Below are positions 8,355-18,971 of a stretch of DNA of 28,097 nt, one piece after another. The DNA is from Desulfobacterales bacterium. Lineage in GTDB: Bacteria; Desulfobacterota; Desulfobacteria; Desulfobacterales; UBA5616. The position numbers and the translations under genes were made by a program. Location: assembly GCA_046483495.1 (NCBI GenBank), contig JAWODC010000024.1, positions 1 through 28,097 on the forward strand, in the 5' to 3' direction. Under the pieces are notes generated by a model. That model had not been told where the DNA came from, made no database searches, and saw only the letters and a program-made list of their open reading frames with translations. The stretch's first letter is position 1. Each line of letters begins with the position of its first letter.

Positions 8355-11347
8355 ACCAGATCTCCGAAAGGCATTTTCCAGGACGCCTTCAACCCGGCAA
8401 CAGGGACATTCATCAATTCCCGTCCGTCCAGGCCCTTGATGCGCATGATCGGGTCACGTATCAGCATCCCGATACGCCGGCAGGCAAGATTATTGAACAG
8501 CGCTTCGAAGGATGCCGCATGTTCCGGAGCCACTGTCACAATGAACCTTCCCGCGGATTCACTGAATAGAAGCGTATCGTTTCGCGTCACACCCGCCTCC
8601 GGCACCAATCCCAAATCGGCATCCACGCCCAGGTTGCCGGCCATCGCCGTCAGGGCGAGATGAACGCCCAATCCTCCCCGATAGATGCCGTGAACCGAAG
8701 CCGGCAGCTTCATTTTAACCGCCTTAGACAACGCAGCATACAGGGGTTTAAAATCGAGGGGGCGCACCTGGGGAACGTTTCTTCCCACGTATGCATGCAG
8801 GTCGTAATATTCGGAACCCCCCAATTCGTTCCGGGTTTCACCGAGTATATAGACGCCGTCCCCGGCCATTTTTCCATCCATGGTCATGCACCTGCGGATA
8901 TCCTCAATTACACCGATCGTGGAAAACTGCAGGGTCTCCAGTGCGGAGACGCGGTGGGATTCATTGTAGCGTCCGGTAAGGTAACCGTCCACGTACATGC
9001 TGTCCTTGCCCGAAAGCAGAGGAATAGCGTATTCCAGGCACATGTCTTTTAAAGCCCGGCATGCCCGCACCAGCTGTGCGGCCTTGTGCTTTCCATCCGG
9101 ATTTTCCTCGGGATGGTATTCGATGCAGGGCCAGCAGAAATTGTCCACACCCCCGATATGGTCGGGATCACCACCCACGGACAGGATCCGGCGTACGGCT
9201 TCATCGATCGTGCATGCCGTCATGTGATAAGCATCGATGGCCGAATAATGGGGAAGCAGCGCCTGTGAAAAAGCCAGCCCTTTTGTCGACGTCAGGACCG
9301 GGCGAATCACGGCGGCATCGGTGGGTGCATCGCGATCGATGCCCACCAGGGGCTTGATCACACTCGTCCCCTGCACTTCATGATCGTACTGTCGGCTGAT
9401 CCATTCCTTGGATGCGATATTGGGGCGTGAGAGCATGTCGGTCATCAGCCGGGCATAGTCGGTGGGCTCCTTGATCACCGGCTCCGTCAGGCCGCGCAGT
9501 TCCGGTGAAATCCAATGGGCGTCGAATTCCCACTGCGGAAACCCGCGGGTCATCAGATCCAGGTCCACGTAGGCACAGGTTTTACCCTGATATAGAATAT
9601 GGAGCTTTCCCGTATCCGTATATTTTCCAATAACCGTACTTTCTACGGCATGCCGCCGCGACAAGCTCATGAACGCATCCAGGTGGTCCGGATGTATCCC
9701 GACAGTCATGCGCTCCTGGGATTCAGACACCCAGATTTCCCATTGATCCAAGCCTTCGTATTTCAGTGGAACGCGGTCGAGCCAAACTTCACAGCCATTG
9801 GAATACAAGGCGGATTCCCCGATGGAGGAGGACAGCCCGCCGCCGCCGTTATCCGTGATAAAACGGATCAGGCCCCGGTCTCTCGCCTCCAAAAGAAAAT
9901 CGTGCATTTTTTTTTGCGTATAGGGATCGCCGATCTGAACGTGTCCGGCGGGAGTGTGTTCGGAATAGACTTCGGAAGAGGCGGTAACCCCGTGAATGCC
10001 GTCTTTTCCCACCCTGCCCCCGCACATGAGGATCAAATCGCCGGGGAATGTTTTTTTATCTTCCGCCGGCTGTCCATCGATCCGTGCCGGCATCATGCCG
10101 ACGGCCGTTACGAAAACAAGACATTTTCCTAAATACCCCGGGTGAAAAAGGACCTGTCCAAACGGGGTCGGGATACCGCTTTTGTTGCCGCCGTCCCGCA
10201 CGCCTTCAATAACGCCGTCCAGCAGGCGCCGCGGCGACAGGCGCGGCTTCCACTCGCCGTTGTAATCTCTGGGCCCCACGCAAAAGCCGTAACTCCCCAT
10301 AACCAGTCGGGAACCTTTTCCGGTCCCAAGGGGGTCGCGGTAAACGCCGACGATTCCGGTTATCGCCCCGCCATAGGCCTCCATATTCGAGGGAGAATTA
10401 TGCGTTTCACCGGTAATGACGTAATAATGATCTTCGTCAAACCTGCCCACGCCCGCATTATCCCACAACACGGATATGACCCACGGCATCCGATCTTTAA
10501 GTGTGAGTGTAGGCGCTTCGATAAACGTTTTGAACAGGTTGTCCTCGATGCCGGTCTGCCCGGTTTGCACATCCCGGTACCGGAAAAGGCCCCTGAACGT
10601 ATTGTGGTTGCAGTGATCGCTTCTGGCCTGGGATATGTATTCCAGTTCGATGTCGGTAGGGTCGGAAAGCCCTATCCCGGCGCGCTGCGCACGGACATCG
10701 GGATTGATGAAATAGTTTCGGATGGTGGGAATATCGTTCGGATTCAGCGCAAGATTGCGTTTAATGCTGATCTGCCGCAACTCGGCATCGCTGCCGATGG
10801 GAATAATGGAAACCGTCGGTTTGTGGTTTAACATCACCTTTGGAATAATGATACCGATTCCGGTTTCAGGATCCCAATCGGCCCTGGCGTGGATTTTCCA
10901 TTGCTGGATGATATCATTGGCCAGAATCTGCGATGCGATGCAGTCCATTTTTTCGCGATTCAGGTCCGAACCGGTGATGCAATAGCGTTTGGATGTATAT
11001 ACCGCCTCGTGAGGCTCTAACCGGATATTCAAGATGTCCGAAATGGCCTCGAGCGCTGTGTCTCCGGCGTTGTCCTTTACACCGGGGCGGAAACCCACCC
11101 AGACGCTCCAGTCGAATGCGATGGGAAGCGGTGTGAACGCCGAAATCTGCGTAACAGGATTCGTAAACACCTCATCCTGCACCCTGATCAGCTGCTGATC
11201 GGTCAATTCCGCATCGATGGTAAGGACATGAACAGTGCGTATTTTTTCGGTGTGAATGCCGAAATATTCCTCGGCCTTCCGCCGGATGGCGTCGCCCTCG
11301 GCATCCACTAAATCGGTTTTTAGTGCAATTTCAAGTCGATATGGCAT
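8351..11347 (-). CDS. purL: Phosphoribosylformylglycinamidine synthase synthetase subunit with N-terminal PurS-like domains
   Basis: SDHCNH, ETHNSPS, GGAITGIVGVYRD, GRVGKDGIHG, VQIGDP, DNGGGGLSS, SESQERM, QYDHEVQG, SGKDSM and LFSES motifs. Confidence 0.96.
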   Translation of the reverse strand: MPYRLEIALKTDLVDAEGDAIRRKAEEYFGIHTEKIRTVHVLTIDAELTDQQLIRVQDEVFTNPVTQISAFTPLPIAFDWSVWVGFRPGVKDNAGDTALEAISDILNIRLEPHEAVYTSKRYCITGSDLNREKMDCIASQILANDIIQQWKIHARADWDPETGIGIIIPKVMLNHKPTVSIIPIGSDAELRQISIKRNLALNPNDIPTIRNYFINPDVRAQRAGIGLSDPTDIELEYISQARSDHCNHNTFRGLFRYRDVQTGQTGIEDNLFKTFIEAPTLTLKDRMPWVISVLWDNAGVGRFDEDHYYVITGETHNSPSNMEAYGGAITGIVGVYRDPLGTGKGSRLVMGSYGFCVGPRDYNGEWKPRLSPRRLLDGVIEGVRDGGNKSGIPTPFGQVLFHPGYLGKCLVFVTAVGMMPARIDGQPAEDKKTFPGDLILMCGGRVGKDGIHGVTASSEVYSEHTPAGHVQIGDPYTQKKMHDFLLEARDRGLIRFITDNGGGGLSSSIGESALYSNGCEVWLDRVPLKYEGLDQWEIWVSESQERMTVGIHPDHLDAFMSLSRRHAVESTVIGKYTDTGKLHILYQGKTCAYVDLDLMTRGFPQWEFDAHWISPELRGLTEPVIKEPTDYARLMTDMLSRPNIASKEWISRQYDHEVQGTSVIKPLVGIDRDAPTDAAVIRPVLTSTKGLAFSQALLPHYSAIDAYHMTACTIDEAVRRILSVGGDPDHIGGVDNFCWPCIEYHPEENPDGKHKAAQLVRACRALKDMCLEYAIPLLSGKDSMYVDGYLTGRYNESHRVSALETLQFSTIGVIEDIRRCMTMDGKMAGDGVYILGETRNELGGSEYYDLHAYVGRNVPQVRPLDFKPLYAALSKAVKMKLPASVHGIYRGGLGVHLALTAMAGNLGVDADLGLVPEAGVTRNDTLLFSESAGRFIVTVAPEHAASFEALFNNLACRRIGMLIRDPIMRIKGLDGRELMNVPVAGLKASWKMPFGDLV

Positions 11348-11432
11348 ATTTCATGAGGAGGATTCAGACGGGCCTCGGCCGAAGGCAAAGGCGGGTCGCA
11401 CCGGCCGTTTGCACACCTGTAGTTTGTCTTTC

Positions 11433-12518
11433 TCAACCATCTCCGATCACTCCGAATTGTTCGAGCAACCGGCTGATATCGTTATAAAATACAAAAACCA
11501 TCAGCAGCAGCAGCAAGAAGATCCCAACCTGTTGGGCGATCTCCCGCATTTTAATGCTTACCGGACGCTTAATCACCGCTTCGATGAAAAAAAACATTAA
11601 ATGTCCGCCGTCCAGAACCGGTATGGGCATCAGATTGATAATGGCAAGATTGATGCTGATGAATGCAATAAAATAGATCAGGTTCGGCACGCCCTGCTTG
11701 GCCTGGTCCCCGGCCATCTGGGCGATCAGGATAGGTCCGCCGAGTGTTTTGGTGGAAATCTCCCCTCTGATCAATTGCACGATCCCGACAATCATTAATT
11801 TGCCGACATTGTATGTCTGTACCAGGCTCTGGGAAAATGCTTCAATCGGGTTGTATTGTTTTGTCCGGATGTGCTCACCGGAACTCTGAATGCCGATCAG
11901 GTAGCGCTCGATCGTTTCCCCGAAGATTTCTTCTTTTTTCAGCTGGGGTGTCAGGGTGATTTCTTTTTCCGTTTGCCCCCGAAGAATCGTAATGCGGATC
12001 GATTCACCCCCGCTCAGCATAATGTGTTCGGACATGTCGCTGAATGTGTTTACAGAACTCCCGTTCACCGCGATGATCCGGTCGCCCTCCCGGATGCCCG
12101 CTTCCATTGCGGGAGATTCTTCAACAACGGAGCCGACGACCGGTTCAAGCTCGACGGCGCCGTAAATTTGAAGAAATACAAAGAAGATCAAAACCGCCAG
12201 CAATACGTTAAACAGCGGTCCGGCAGCCACAATGAGAATGCGCTTGAATACGTGTTTATGGGTGAAGGACAGGGGAACTTCTTCCGGACGCAGCTCGGAA
12301 TCCGGCTCTTCACCCACCATTTTAACGTATCCCCCAAGCGGGATTGCCGAGATCCTGTAATCCGTCATTCCGATTTTTCTTCCGAAAAGACGAGGGCCGA
12401 ATCCCAGGGAAAACTTCTCCACCCCAACGCCGCATAGTTTTGCCGCCAGAAAATGCCCCAATTCATGAAAGAAAATCAGGACCCCGAGAACGATGATCAA
12501 TGATAGGATATAGCTCAT
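11433..12518 (-). CDS. rseP: RIP metalloprotease RseP (site-2 protease, PDZ)
   Basis: HELGH zinc motif, FSLGFGP, IPLGGYVKM, AGPLFN, PDZ region, NLMPIPVLDGGH; follows dxr. Confidence 0.96.
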   Translation of the reverse strand: MSYILSLIIVLGVLIFFHELGHFLAAKLCGVGVEKFSLGFGPRLFGRKIGMTDYRISAIPLGGYVKMVGEEPDSELRPEEVPLSFTHKHVFKRILIVAAGPLFNVLLAVLIFFVFLQIYGAVELEPVVGSVVEESPAMEAGIREGDRIIAVNGSSVNTFSDMSEHIMLSGGESIRITILRGQTEKEITLTPQLKKEEIFGETIERYLIGIQSSGEHIRTKQYNPIEAFSQSLVQTYNVGKLMIVGIVQLIRGEISTKTLGGPILIAQMAGDQAKQGVPNLIYFIAFISINLAIINLMPIPVLDGGHLMFFFIEAVIKRPVSIKMREIAQQVGIFLLLLLMVFVFYNDISRLLEQFGVIGDG

Positions 12519-12527
12519 GTTGATATT

Positions 12528-12555
12528 ATTATGTTAATTTCCGCCACTTGGTCAA
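12528..12555 (-). promoter_or_regulatory. Putative internal sigma70 promoter immediately upstream of rseP
   Basis: Minus strand TTGACC (12555-12550)-N16-CATAAT (12533-12528). Confidence 0.45.
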
Positions 12556-12681
12556 GGAGATACTGACCGGCCGTTGCCGTATACGTTCATATTCGACGGT
12601 CAATACGCATTCATGCCTATGCTGATGCGGCGGATACGGTTCTGTTCTGAACACACGCATGCACCAATCAACCACCTCGTA

Positions 12682-13848
12682 TCATCCGCATTCCTCAATA
12701 AAGGACTTCGCCGTCTCTCTGGCCCACCGGTCCGCAGAAAGTATATGTGCAAGATCAGGCGGCTGCAAGACGTGATGGGCGTCCATGGTGTTTTGTATAA
12801 CCTTCGGAATACACGTAAAATCGATGCGATGGTCCAAAAAAGCCCGAACCGCTGTTTCATTCGCCGCATTCATCACCGCAGGCATTGTATGTCCTTCGGT
12901 GCACGCCTTTAACGCGAGTCCCAGGCATGGGAATTTTTCAAAATCCGGCTTTTGGAACGTCAACGGAGAAATGTGCGCAAAATCGGGAGCAGGCTGATGA
13001 ATATCCAGTCTCTCGGGGCATGATAACGCATACGCAATGGCGGCTTTCATGTCCGGTGTGCCCAGTTGGGCGATAACGGAACCGTCCTTATACCCGACCA
13101 TCGAGTGAATAATGCTTTGTGGATGAATCAGAACATCGATATCTTCTATACTGACATCGAACAAAAATTTTGCCTCGATCACCTCGAGCCCCTTATTCAT
13201 CAGGGTCGCCGAATCGACGCTGATTTTTGGACCCATTTTCCAGTTGGGATGAAGCAGGGCATCCTCGGGACGGATGCGATGAAACTGTTCGATGGACCGG
13301 CTCAGGAAAGGGCCTCCGGAGGCGGTCAAATAAATTTTTGAAATATCCGTTCGGCGGTTTCCGCACATGCTCTGAAAGATGGCGCTGTGTTCACTGTCCA
13401 CCGGCAGCAACCGAACCCCGTTTTCCCGAACCGCCTTCATGACGATATCGCCGGCCATCACGAGGGATTCCTTGTTGGCCAGAGCGATATCCTTTCCGGC
13501 TGAGATAGCCGACAATGTCGGTAAAAGCCCTGCAGCGCCGACAATGGCCGAGACCACCTGATCCACGGATTCGCAGGCGGCCGCCTGTTCGTATCCTGAA
13601 TCACCATAAAGAACGTCGACACGGCTTCCGGGTTTTACCATTTCTTTCAGCATACCGGCATGGTATTCGTCGATCACTACGGCAAGATCAGGCTTGAATG
13701 CTTCAATTTGTGCGGCCAATAACTCGATATTGGCCGCCCCGGCAAGCACTCTCACCCGGAACCGATCCGGGAACATTTCCACAATTTTCAATGCGTTCCG
13801 CCCGATCGAGCCGGTAGATCCAAGTATAGCCAGATTTTTTTTCATCAT
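12682..13848 (-). CDS. dxr: 1-deoxy-D-xylulose 5-phosphate reductoisomerase
   Basis: ILGSTGSIG, LANKESLV, PVDSEHSAIFQ, LTASGGPF, HPNWKMGPKISVDSATLMNKGLEVIEA. Confidence 0.98.
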   Translation of the reverse strand: MMKKNLAILGSTGSIGRNALKIVEMFPDRFRVRVLAGAANIELLAAQIEAFKPDLAVVIDEYHAGMLKEMVKPGSRVDVLYGDSGYEQAAACESVDQVVSAIVGAAGLLPTLSAISAGKDIALANKESLVMAGDIVMKAVRENGVRLLPVDSEHSAIFQSMCGNRRTDISKIYLTASGGPFLSRSIEQFHRIRPEDALLHPNWKMGPKISVDSATLMNKGLEVIEAKFLFDVSIEDIDVLIHPQSIIHSMVGYKDGSVIAQLGTPDMKAAIAYALSCPERLDIHQPAPDFAHISPLTFQKPDFEKFPCLGLALKACTEGHTMPAVMNAANETAVRAFLDHRIDFTCIPKVIQNTMDAHHVLQPPDLAHILSADRWARETAKSFIEECG

Positions 13849-13950
13849 TTACATACTGTCCCGCCTTGAACCGAATCGATTTTTCTCATTTCCGTACGGT
13901 CATAAAGCGGGATCGATTTCCGGTGTTTAACTGCACGTTAAACGCCTTTT

Positions 13951-14775
13951 TCAAAATACGTAAAGCCTGAATACATAGGCCGCCGGTGCAGCAAAGAGGA
14001 GGGCATCGATTCGGTCCAGCAGTCCTCCGTGTCCGGGAAGTATGTTCCCCGAATCTTTCACATCGGCCGCCCGTTTCAACTGGGAAACGAAAAGGTCCCC
14101 GAATTGGCCCGTCACCCCGAGCACCACAAAAAAAATAATGGCCGCCCCCCACGGCAGGGCCGCCATGTCCAGTCCCCAGGGGAGTCGATGCAGATTCCAG
14201 TTGATCACCGATCCCATGGCGATATTGGCGCAAAGACCGCCAACCGCCCCCTCTATCGTTTTGCCGGGACTCACGGGCAAAATGAGCTTGTGGCGGCCCA
14301 AGCTGCGGCCCACATAATATGCCCCGATATCTCCGGCAAAAACAATGCACAGAAACGAAAAAATCCAGGTAATGCCGTTTGGCTGAAGGCGGATCAACAC
14401 CAGAAAAGACAGCAATAACGGCAGATACACGATGCCCTGAACCTGGCGGTTTACCCCTTCGATCAGCCATTGTCCGGATTTTGCCGCCATCACGGAAACA
14501 GCCGCACAGAGCATAAGATCAGCAGCCGGCATCAAGAGCATGACATCCCATGCGTTCACATAAGCCGCCAGGATCATGGCACATCCGGTGAAATATCCGA
14601 TTGTGGAAATCGCGTGTTTACGTTCGACGCCTTTTAGTGCAATGCGGAAATACTCGCGCAGTGAAATCAAACAAATCAGCCACATGAAGATGAGAAAGAC
14701 GATCCCGCCGTTGTGGATGGCATAAATAACCAGGGGGAGCGCGATGATACTGGATATCCATCGTTTCAGCTGCAT
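13951..14775 (-). CDS. cdsA: Phosphatidate cytidylyltransferase
   Basis: DIGAYYVGR..G.HKL...SPGKTIEG, GDLF.S.LKR...VKDSG..LPGHGGLLDRID. Start set at MQLKRW (14775), which has SD AAAGGA. Confidence 0.95.
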   Translation of the reverse strand: MQLKRWISSIIALPLVIYAIHNGGIVFLIFMWLICLISLREYFRIALKGVERKHAISTIGYFTGCAMILAAYVNAWDVMLLMPAADLMLCAAVSVMAAKSGQWLIEGVNRQVQGIVYLPLLLSFLVLIRLQPNGITWIFSFLCIVFAGDIGAYYVGRSLGRHKLILPVSPGKTIEGAVGGLCANIAMGSVINWNLHRLPWGLDMAALPWGAAIIFFVVLGVTGQFGDLFVSQLKRAADVKDSGNILPGHGGLLDRIDALLFAAPAAYVFRLYVF

Positions 14776-14858
14776 ATGCAATCCTTTACAAAAGAAGCAA
14801 TGATGTGAGGGCTGCAACTCTGCGGAAAAAGGCGTGGAATAAGCATGATTTCGCTATT

Positions 14859-15605
14859 TCAAGAAGAGACTTTTCCGAATCGGCGTTCCCTGTTCTGGTA
14901 TTCGAGAAGTATTTGGATGAATTCTTCTTTGGAAAAATCGGGCCACAGGGTTTTGGTAATCGCAATTTCAGAATAGGCGATCTGCCACAAGAGGAAATTG
15001 CTGATGCGCGACTCGCCGCTGGTCCGTATCACAAGATCGGGGTCCGGCATACTGCGGGTGTACAGGTAATCGGAGATAAGTTCTTCGGAAATATCATCCG
15101 GCTGTATCGTTTGCCGGAAAACTTCTCCGGCGATCCGCCGGACCGCCCCGGCGATATCGGAACGGCCGCCGTAGCTCACCGCAAGCGTCAGAACCATCGT
15201 GTCGTTTTTCAGCGTACGTTTCATAACGCGCTCCAGCTCCGCTCTTACATCCGCTGGAAGCCGTTCGATGTCCCCGATGTGATTCAAACGGATATCATTC
15301 TCGAGGAGTTCTTTTTCTTCGGATCTCAAAAAGCGCTTCAGCAGTTCCATCAGGGCGTTTACTTCTTCCGCCGGCCTTCCCCAATTTTCGGTGGAAAACG
15401 CATAAAGCGTCAAAAATGAAATGCCCAATTCACGGCAGGTCCTGACCACCGAACGAACCGCATCCGTACCTTTATTGTGGCCTGTGATGCGGCTAAGCTT
15501 CCTTTTTTTCGCCCACCGGCCGTTTCCATCCATGATAACGGCCACATGCTTCGGAAGCTTCGCCGAATCCAAGCCGTAGGTGTTTGCCGGTGGTCTAGAA
15601 TTCAA
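14859..15605 (-). CDS. uppS: Undecaprenyl diphosphate synthase (isoprenyl transferase)
   Basis: HVAVIMDGNGRWA, YAFSTENWGRP, IRTSGESRISNFLLWQ, RERRFG. TTG start overlaps the frr end; exact start uncertain. Confidence 0.96.
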   Translation of the reverse strand: MNSRPPANTYGLDSAKLPKHVAVIMDGNGRWAKKRKLSRITGHNKGTDAVRSVVRTCRELGISFLTLYAFSTENWGRPAEEVNALMELLKRFLRSEEKELLENDIRLNHIGDIERLPADVRAELERVMKRTLKNDTMVLTLAVSYGGRSDIAGAVRRIAGEVFRQTIQPDDISEELISDYLYTRSMPDPDLVIRTSGESRISNFLLWQIAYSEIAITKTLWPDFSKEEFIQILLEYQNRERRFGKVSS

Positions 15606-16152
15606 GGACTTCTTTCTCCTTTTCTTTATAAATCTGATCGAGCTGCCCGATGTACTCGTCGGTTATTTTCTGCACTTCATCCTGGCCTTTAAACGCATCA
15701 TCTTCCGTAATGTCGCCGTCTTTTTTCAACCCCTTCAGCAGGTCATTCGAATCCCGCCGGATGTTTCTTACGGCCACCTTGTGCTCCTCGCATATTTTGC
15801 TGATAATCTTGACGATTTCTTTACGCCTTTCTTCCGTAAGCGCCGGGATCGATATGCGGATTATTTTCCCGTCACTGGTGGGGGTCAACCCCAGATCGGA
15901 TTTCAATATGGCTTTTTCGATTTCCTTGATGGCGGACATATCCCATGGTTTGATGGTGATCAGTCGGCTTTCCGGCACGGACAAGGTCGCCATTTGGTCC
16001 AAAGGCGTCATGGCACCGTAGTAATCCACACGGATACCGTCCAACAGGGTCAACGACGCGCGCCCCGTTCGTATTTTATTCAACTCGTTTTTGCAGGCGG
16101 CAACCGATTTGGCCATGCGCTCCCGTGTTTCTTCGAATACATCTTCTATCAT
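15595..16152 (-). CDS. frr: Ribosome recycling factor
   Basis: IRTGRAS, DYYG, PALTEERRKE, VRNIRRD; 185 aa. Confidence 0.98.
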   Translation of the reverse strand: MIEDVFEETRERMAKSVAACKNELNKIRTGRASLTLLDGIRVDYYGAMTPLDQMATLSVPESRLITIKPWDMSAIKEIEKAILKSDLGLTPTSDGKIIRISIPALTEERRKEIVKIISKICEEHKVAVRNIRRDSNDLLKGLKKDGDITEDDAFKGQDEVQKITDEYIGQLDQIYKEKEKEVLEF

Positions 16153-16365
16153 GGATGTTCACCTCGTATTTTCGTAATCTTAGCTCATCCTCACGAACTG
16201 CAAGCCATTATCAACATCATCCTTTGCCTATAATTCGCTGGGGTTGCATGCAACGTCCTCGGGTTTGGTGAGGTTGCCCGCTGTCGGCTCGACATGCGGC
16301 TTTGCCGTCCACGTCTTTCATTTGAGACGGCTTGCAGGCTGATCGTACATCGTCCGTAAACGTTA

Positions 16366-17079
16366 TCAAAGGATATGCGTTCCGGTATCGGATCCGCACA
16401 CGACATTTCTGATGTTGCCCTTTTTTGTGAGACTGAAGATCACCAATGGCAACCGGTTGTCCATTGCCAGGCTGATTGCAGTCATATCCATCACGTTGAG
16501 CTGTTTTGAAAGCACTTCCATGTAAGTGGCCGTTGGAATCAGCTTTGCATTCGTGTTCGTCGCCGGATCACAATCGTAAAGGCCGTCCACTTTCGTTGCT
16601 TTCATTAACAGCTCTGCATGAATCTCCCGCGCTCTGAGAACGGCCGCCGTATCCGTTGTAAAATAAGGGTTTCCGGTTCCCGCCGCGAATATCACCGCCC
16701 GCCCTTTTTCGAGGTGCCGAATAGCCCTGCGTCGAATATAGGGTTCCGCCAACTCATGCATGGCGATTGCGGTCTGAACACGGGTGGGTATCCCTTTCTT
16801 TTCCAGTGCATCCTGAAGCGCCAGACTGTTGATCAGAGTGGCAAGCATGCCCATATGATCTGCGGAAGCCCTATCCATGTCGTATGAACTGGCGGCGACA
16901 CCTCTGAAAATATTCCCGCCGCCTACGACTATGGACACCTGAACGCCAAGGTCAAATATGGACCTTATTTCATCGGCGACATATTTTAACATGTGCGGAC
17001 TGATGCCGTAGCCCTGGTCACCCATCAAGGCTTCGCCGCTCAATTTCAAAACAATTCGTTTGTAGCGGGCTAATGTCAC
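16366..17079 (-). CDS. pyrH: UMP kinase
   Basis: [40 protein letters not shown]. Confidence 0.98.
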   Translation of the reverse strand: MTLARYKRIVLKLSGEALMGDQGYGISPHMLKYVADEIRSIFDLGVQVSIVVGGGNIFRGVAASSYDMDRASADHMGMLATLINSLALQDALEKKGIPTRVQTAIAMHELAEPYIRRRAIRHLEKGRAVIFAAGTGNPYFTTDTAAVLRAREIHAELLMKATKVDGLYDCDPATNTNAKLIPTATYMEVLSKQLNVMDMTAISLAMDNRLPLVIFSLTKKGNIRNVVCGSDTGTHIL

Positions 17080-17084
17080 GGTTT

Positions 17085-17681
17085 CTATTCTCCGACTGCG
17101 AATCGAACAAATCGGCTTATCGTGATGCTTTCACCTATTTTCGCAATCATCTCATTGAGAACGTCTTGTATGGTGAGATCGGGATTGCGAACGTACGGCT
17201 GGTTCAGCAGGCAGTTTTCTTTAAAAAATTTATTCAGCTTGCCTTCTGCGATCGTATCCACCATTTTCTCGGGCTTGCCCATTTCCAAAGCCTGTGCGCG
17301 GTAGATTTCCTTTTCCCGTGTAATGATTTCTTCGGGAACGTCCTCCGGTTTAACACTCACCGGATTGGTGGCCGCGATATGCATGGCGATGTTTTTCACG
17401 AATTCCTGGAAATCGTCATTTTTGGCGACAAAATCCGTTTCGCAGTTCACTTCCACCAGGACGCCTATTTTCCCACCGGTATGAACATAAGCGGAGACCT
17501 GCCCTTCCGACAAGGACCGCCCCGCTCGTTTTGCCGCGGTAGCCAATCCCTTTTTTCTCAAATAGTCGAGCGCCTCTTCGATATTGCCGCTGCACGCCTG
17601 AAGCGCTTCTTTGCAATCCATCATACCTGATCCGGTTTTTTCCCGGAGTTCTTTTACCATTGCCGCACTTATTGTGGTCAT
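17085..17681 (-). CDS. tsf: Translation elongation factor Ts (short ~200-aa form)
   Basis: [35 protein letters not shown]; downstream of rpsB. Confidence 0.98.
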   Translation of the reverse strand: MTTISAAMVKELREKTGSGMMDCKEALQACSGNIEEALDYLRKKGLATAAKRAGRSLSEGQVSAYVHTGGKIGVLVEVNCETDFVAKNDDFQEFVKNIAMHIAATNPVSVKPEDVPEEIITREKEIYRAQALEMGKPEKMVDTIAEGKLNKFFKENCLLNQPYVRNPDLTIQDVLNEMIAKIGESITISRFVRFAVGE

Positions 17682-17709
17682 ACAAACTCTCCTGTTGCTT
17701 TTTTATTCA

Positions 17710-17831
17710 GCGCCCATCCACGTCGCACTTTCGGCCCGGACCTCCGGCCACACAATGCCGGCTCGCTTGACTTTTCGACAGGAATGAGAACGTCCCGCCT
17801 TGAACCGGGACACACCATTTCCGGACGGCAC
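17710..17831. repeat. Degenerate copy of the palindromic element in the tsf leader
   Basis: Left end GCGCCCATCCA, conserved core CCGCCTTGAAC (17795-17805) and right end CCATTTCCGGACGGCAC, in the same order as in copy A. Confidence 0.55.
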
Positions 17832-17878
17832 TGCTTACGAATCCCGATGATGATTCCCGGGAAAACCGGCTTTGCTAT

Positions 17879-17907
17879 AAAAATAAAACCACCCGCTATG
17901 CGGGTGG
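17879..17907 (-). terminator. Intrinsic terminator/attenuator between rpsB and tsf
   Basis: Minus strand CCACCCGC-ATA-GCGGGTGG followed by TTTTATTTTT, right after the rpsB stop. Confidence 0.8.
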
Positions 17908-17911
17908 CCGT

Positions 17912-18808
17912 TTATTCCGTTTCTTCCGTTGGTTCAACTTCGGCTTCTTCCATTTCCGAACCTGATTCCGACTCGGATTTCGATCGTTTGATGATTTCGA
18001 CAACCGGGCCTTCAGTTCCGTCCGAAATCACCTTTCGCTCGCCGGGTTTCAATTCGGGGCCTTCCTGCACCGGTTGGACTTCCTCTTCGACAGCTTTGTC
18101 CGCTTCCGCCTGCGCTTTTTCGTCGTACCGGCGGCGCCCTTCGATACAGGCATCGGCGACTCTCGATGTCAAAAGCCGTATGGCTCTGATGGCATCGTCA
18201 TTGCCGGGAACAATGTAATCGATTTCATCCGGGTCGCAGTTGGTGTCCACGATGGAGACAATGGGGATCTGAAGCCGTCTTCCTTCCCTGACGGCAATGG
18301 ATTCCTGCTTGGGATCCACGACAAAAATGGCGCCGGGAAGATGGTGCATCAACCGGATTCCACCGAGATTGTTGTCAAGTTTAAAACGTTCTTTGGCAAG
18401 CTTCAGTCTTTCTTTCTTTGGAAATAAGTTGATGGTGCCGTCATTTTCAATGGAATTTAAATAGTTCAGACGATCAATGCTTTTCTTGATCGTTTGAAAG
18501 TTGGTAAGCATTCCGCCCAACCAGCGGTTATGAACATAAAACATCTCGCATCGGTTGGCCTCTTCATAAATGGATTCCCTTGCCTGCTTTTTGGTGCCGA
18601 CAAATAGAATTGATTTTCCCTCGGCCGTAATATCGGTGACGAAATCATAAGCCGTTTTAAACATCCGAACGGTTTTTTGAAGATCGATAATGTAGATGCC
18701 GTTCCGCGCCCCGAAAATATACGGCTTCATTTTCGGGTTCCATCGTTTGGTTTGGTGACCGAAATGAACTCCTGCTTCGAGGAGTTCCTTCATCGTGACG
18801 TAAGCCAT
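17912..18808 (-). CDS. rpsB: 30S ribosomal protein S2 with acidic C-terminal extension
   Basis: [51 protein letters not shown]. Confidence 0.99.
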   Translation of the reverse strand: MAYVTMKELLEAGVHFGHQTKRWNPKMKPYIFGARNGIYIIDLQKTVRMFKTAYDFVTDITAEGKSILFVGTKKQARESIYEEANRCEMFYVHNRWLGGMLTNFQTIKKSIDRLNYLNSIENDGTINLFPKKERLKLAKERFKLDNNLGGIRLMHHLPGAIFVVDPKQESIAVREGRRLQIPIVSIVDTNCDPDEIDYIVPGNDDAIRAIRLLTSRVADACIEGRRRYDEKAQAEADKAVEEEVQPVQEGPELKPGERKVISDGTEGPVVEIIKRSKSESESGSEMEEAEVEPTEETE

Positions 18809-18829
18809 TCAATTTCTCCTTTTCTGATT

Positions 18830-18962
18830 GTGCGCGTCCGGAAATGAGAACATTCGATTCAGGCGGACGGAACATTCTACCGCGGGAAAAACGTCGCGTT
18901 TTGCAGATAAAACGTTTCCATCCAACACACAATGGATGAATGAGCCATCTCTGAATGGGCAC
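18830..18962. mobile_element. 133-bp copy of the palindromic element inside the rpsB 5' UTR
   Basis: Ends GTGCGCGTCCGGAAATGAG / CCATCTCTGAATGGGCAC with TT/AA flanks. Shares GAAATGAGA..ATTCGATTC, AGGCGG, ACCGC, CCAAC and AATGGA..GAAT.AGCCAT with the reverse complement of copy A. Confidence 0.75.
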
Positions 18963-18971
18963 AAATTGGTT

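Noticed and set aside
17085..18100. Short EF-Ts and acidic S2 tail
   Set aside because: Both are known lineage variants, not truncations or novelties.
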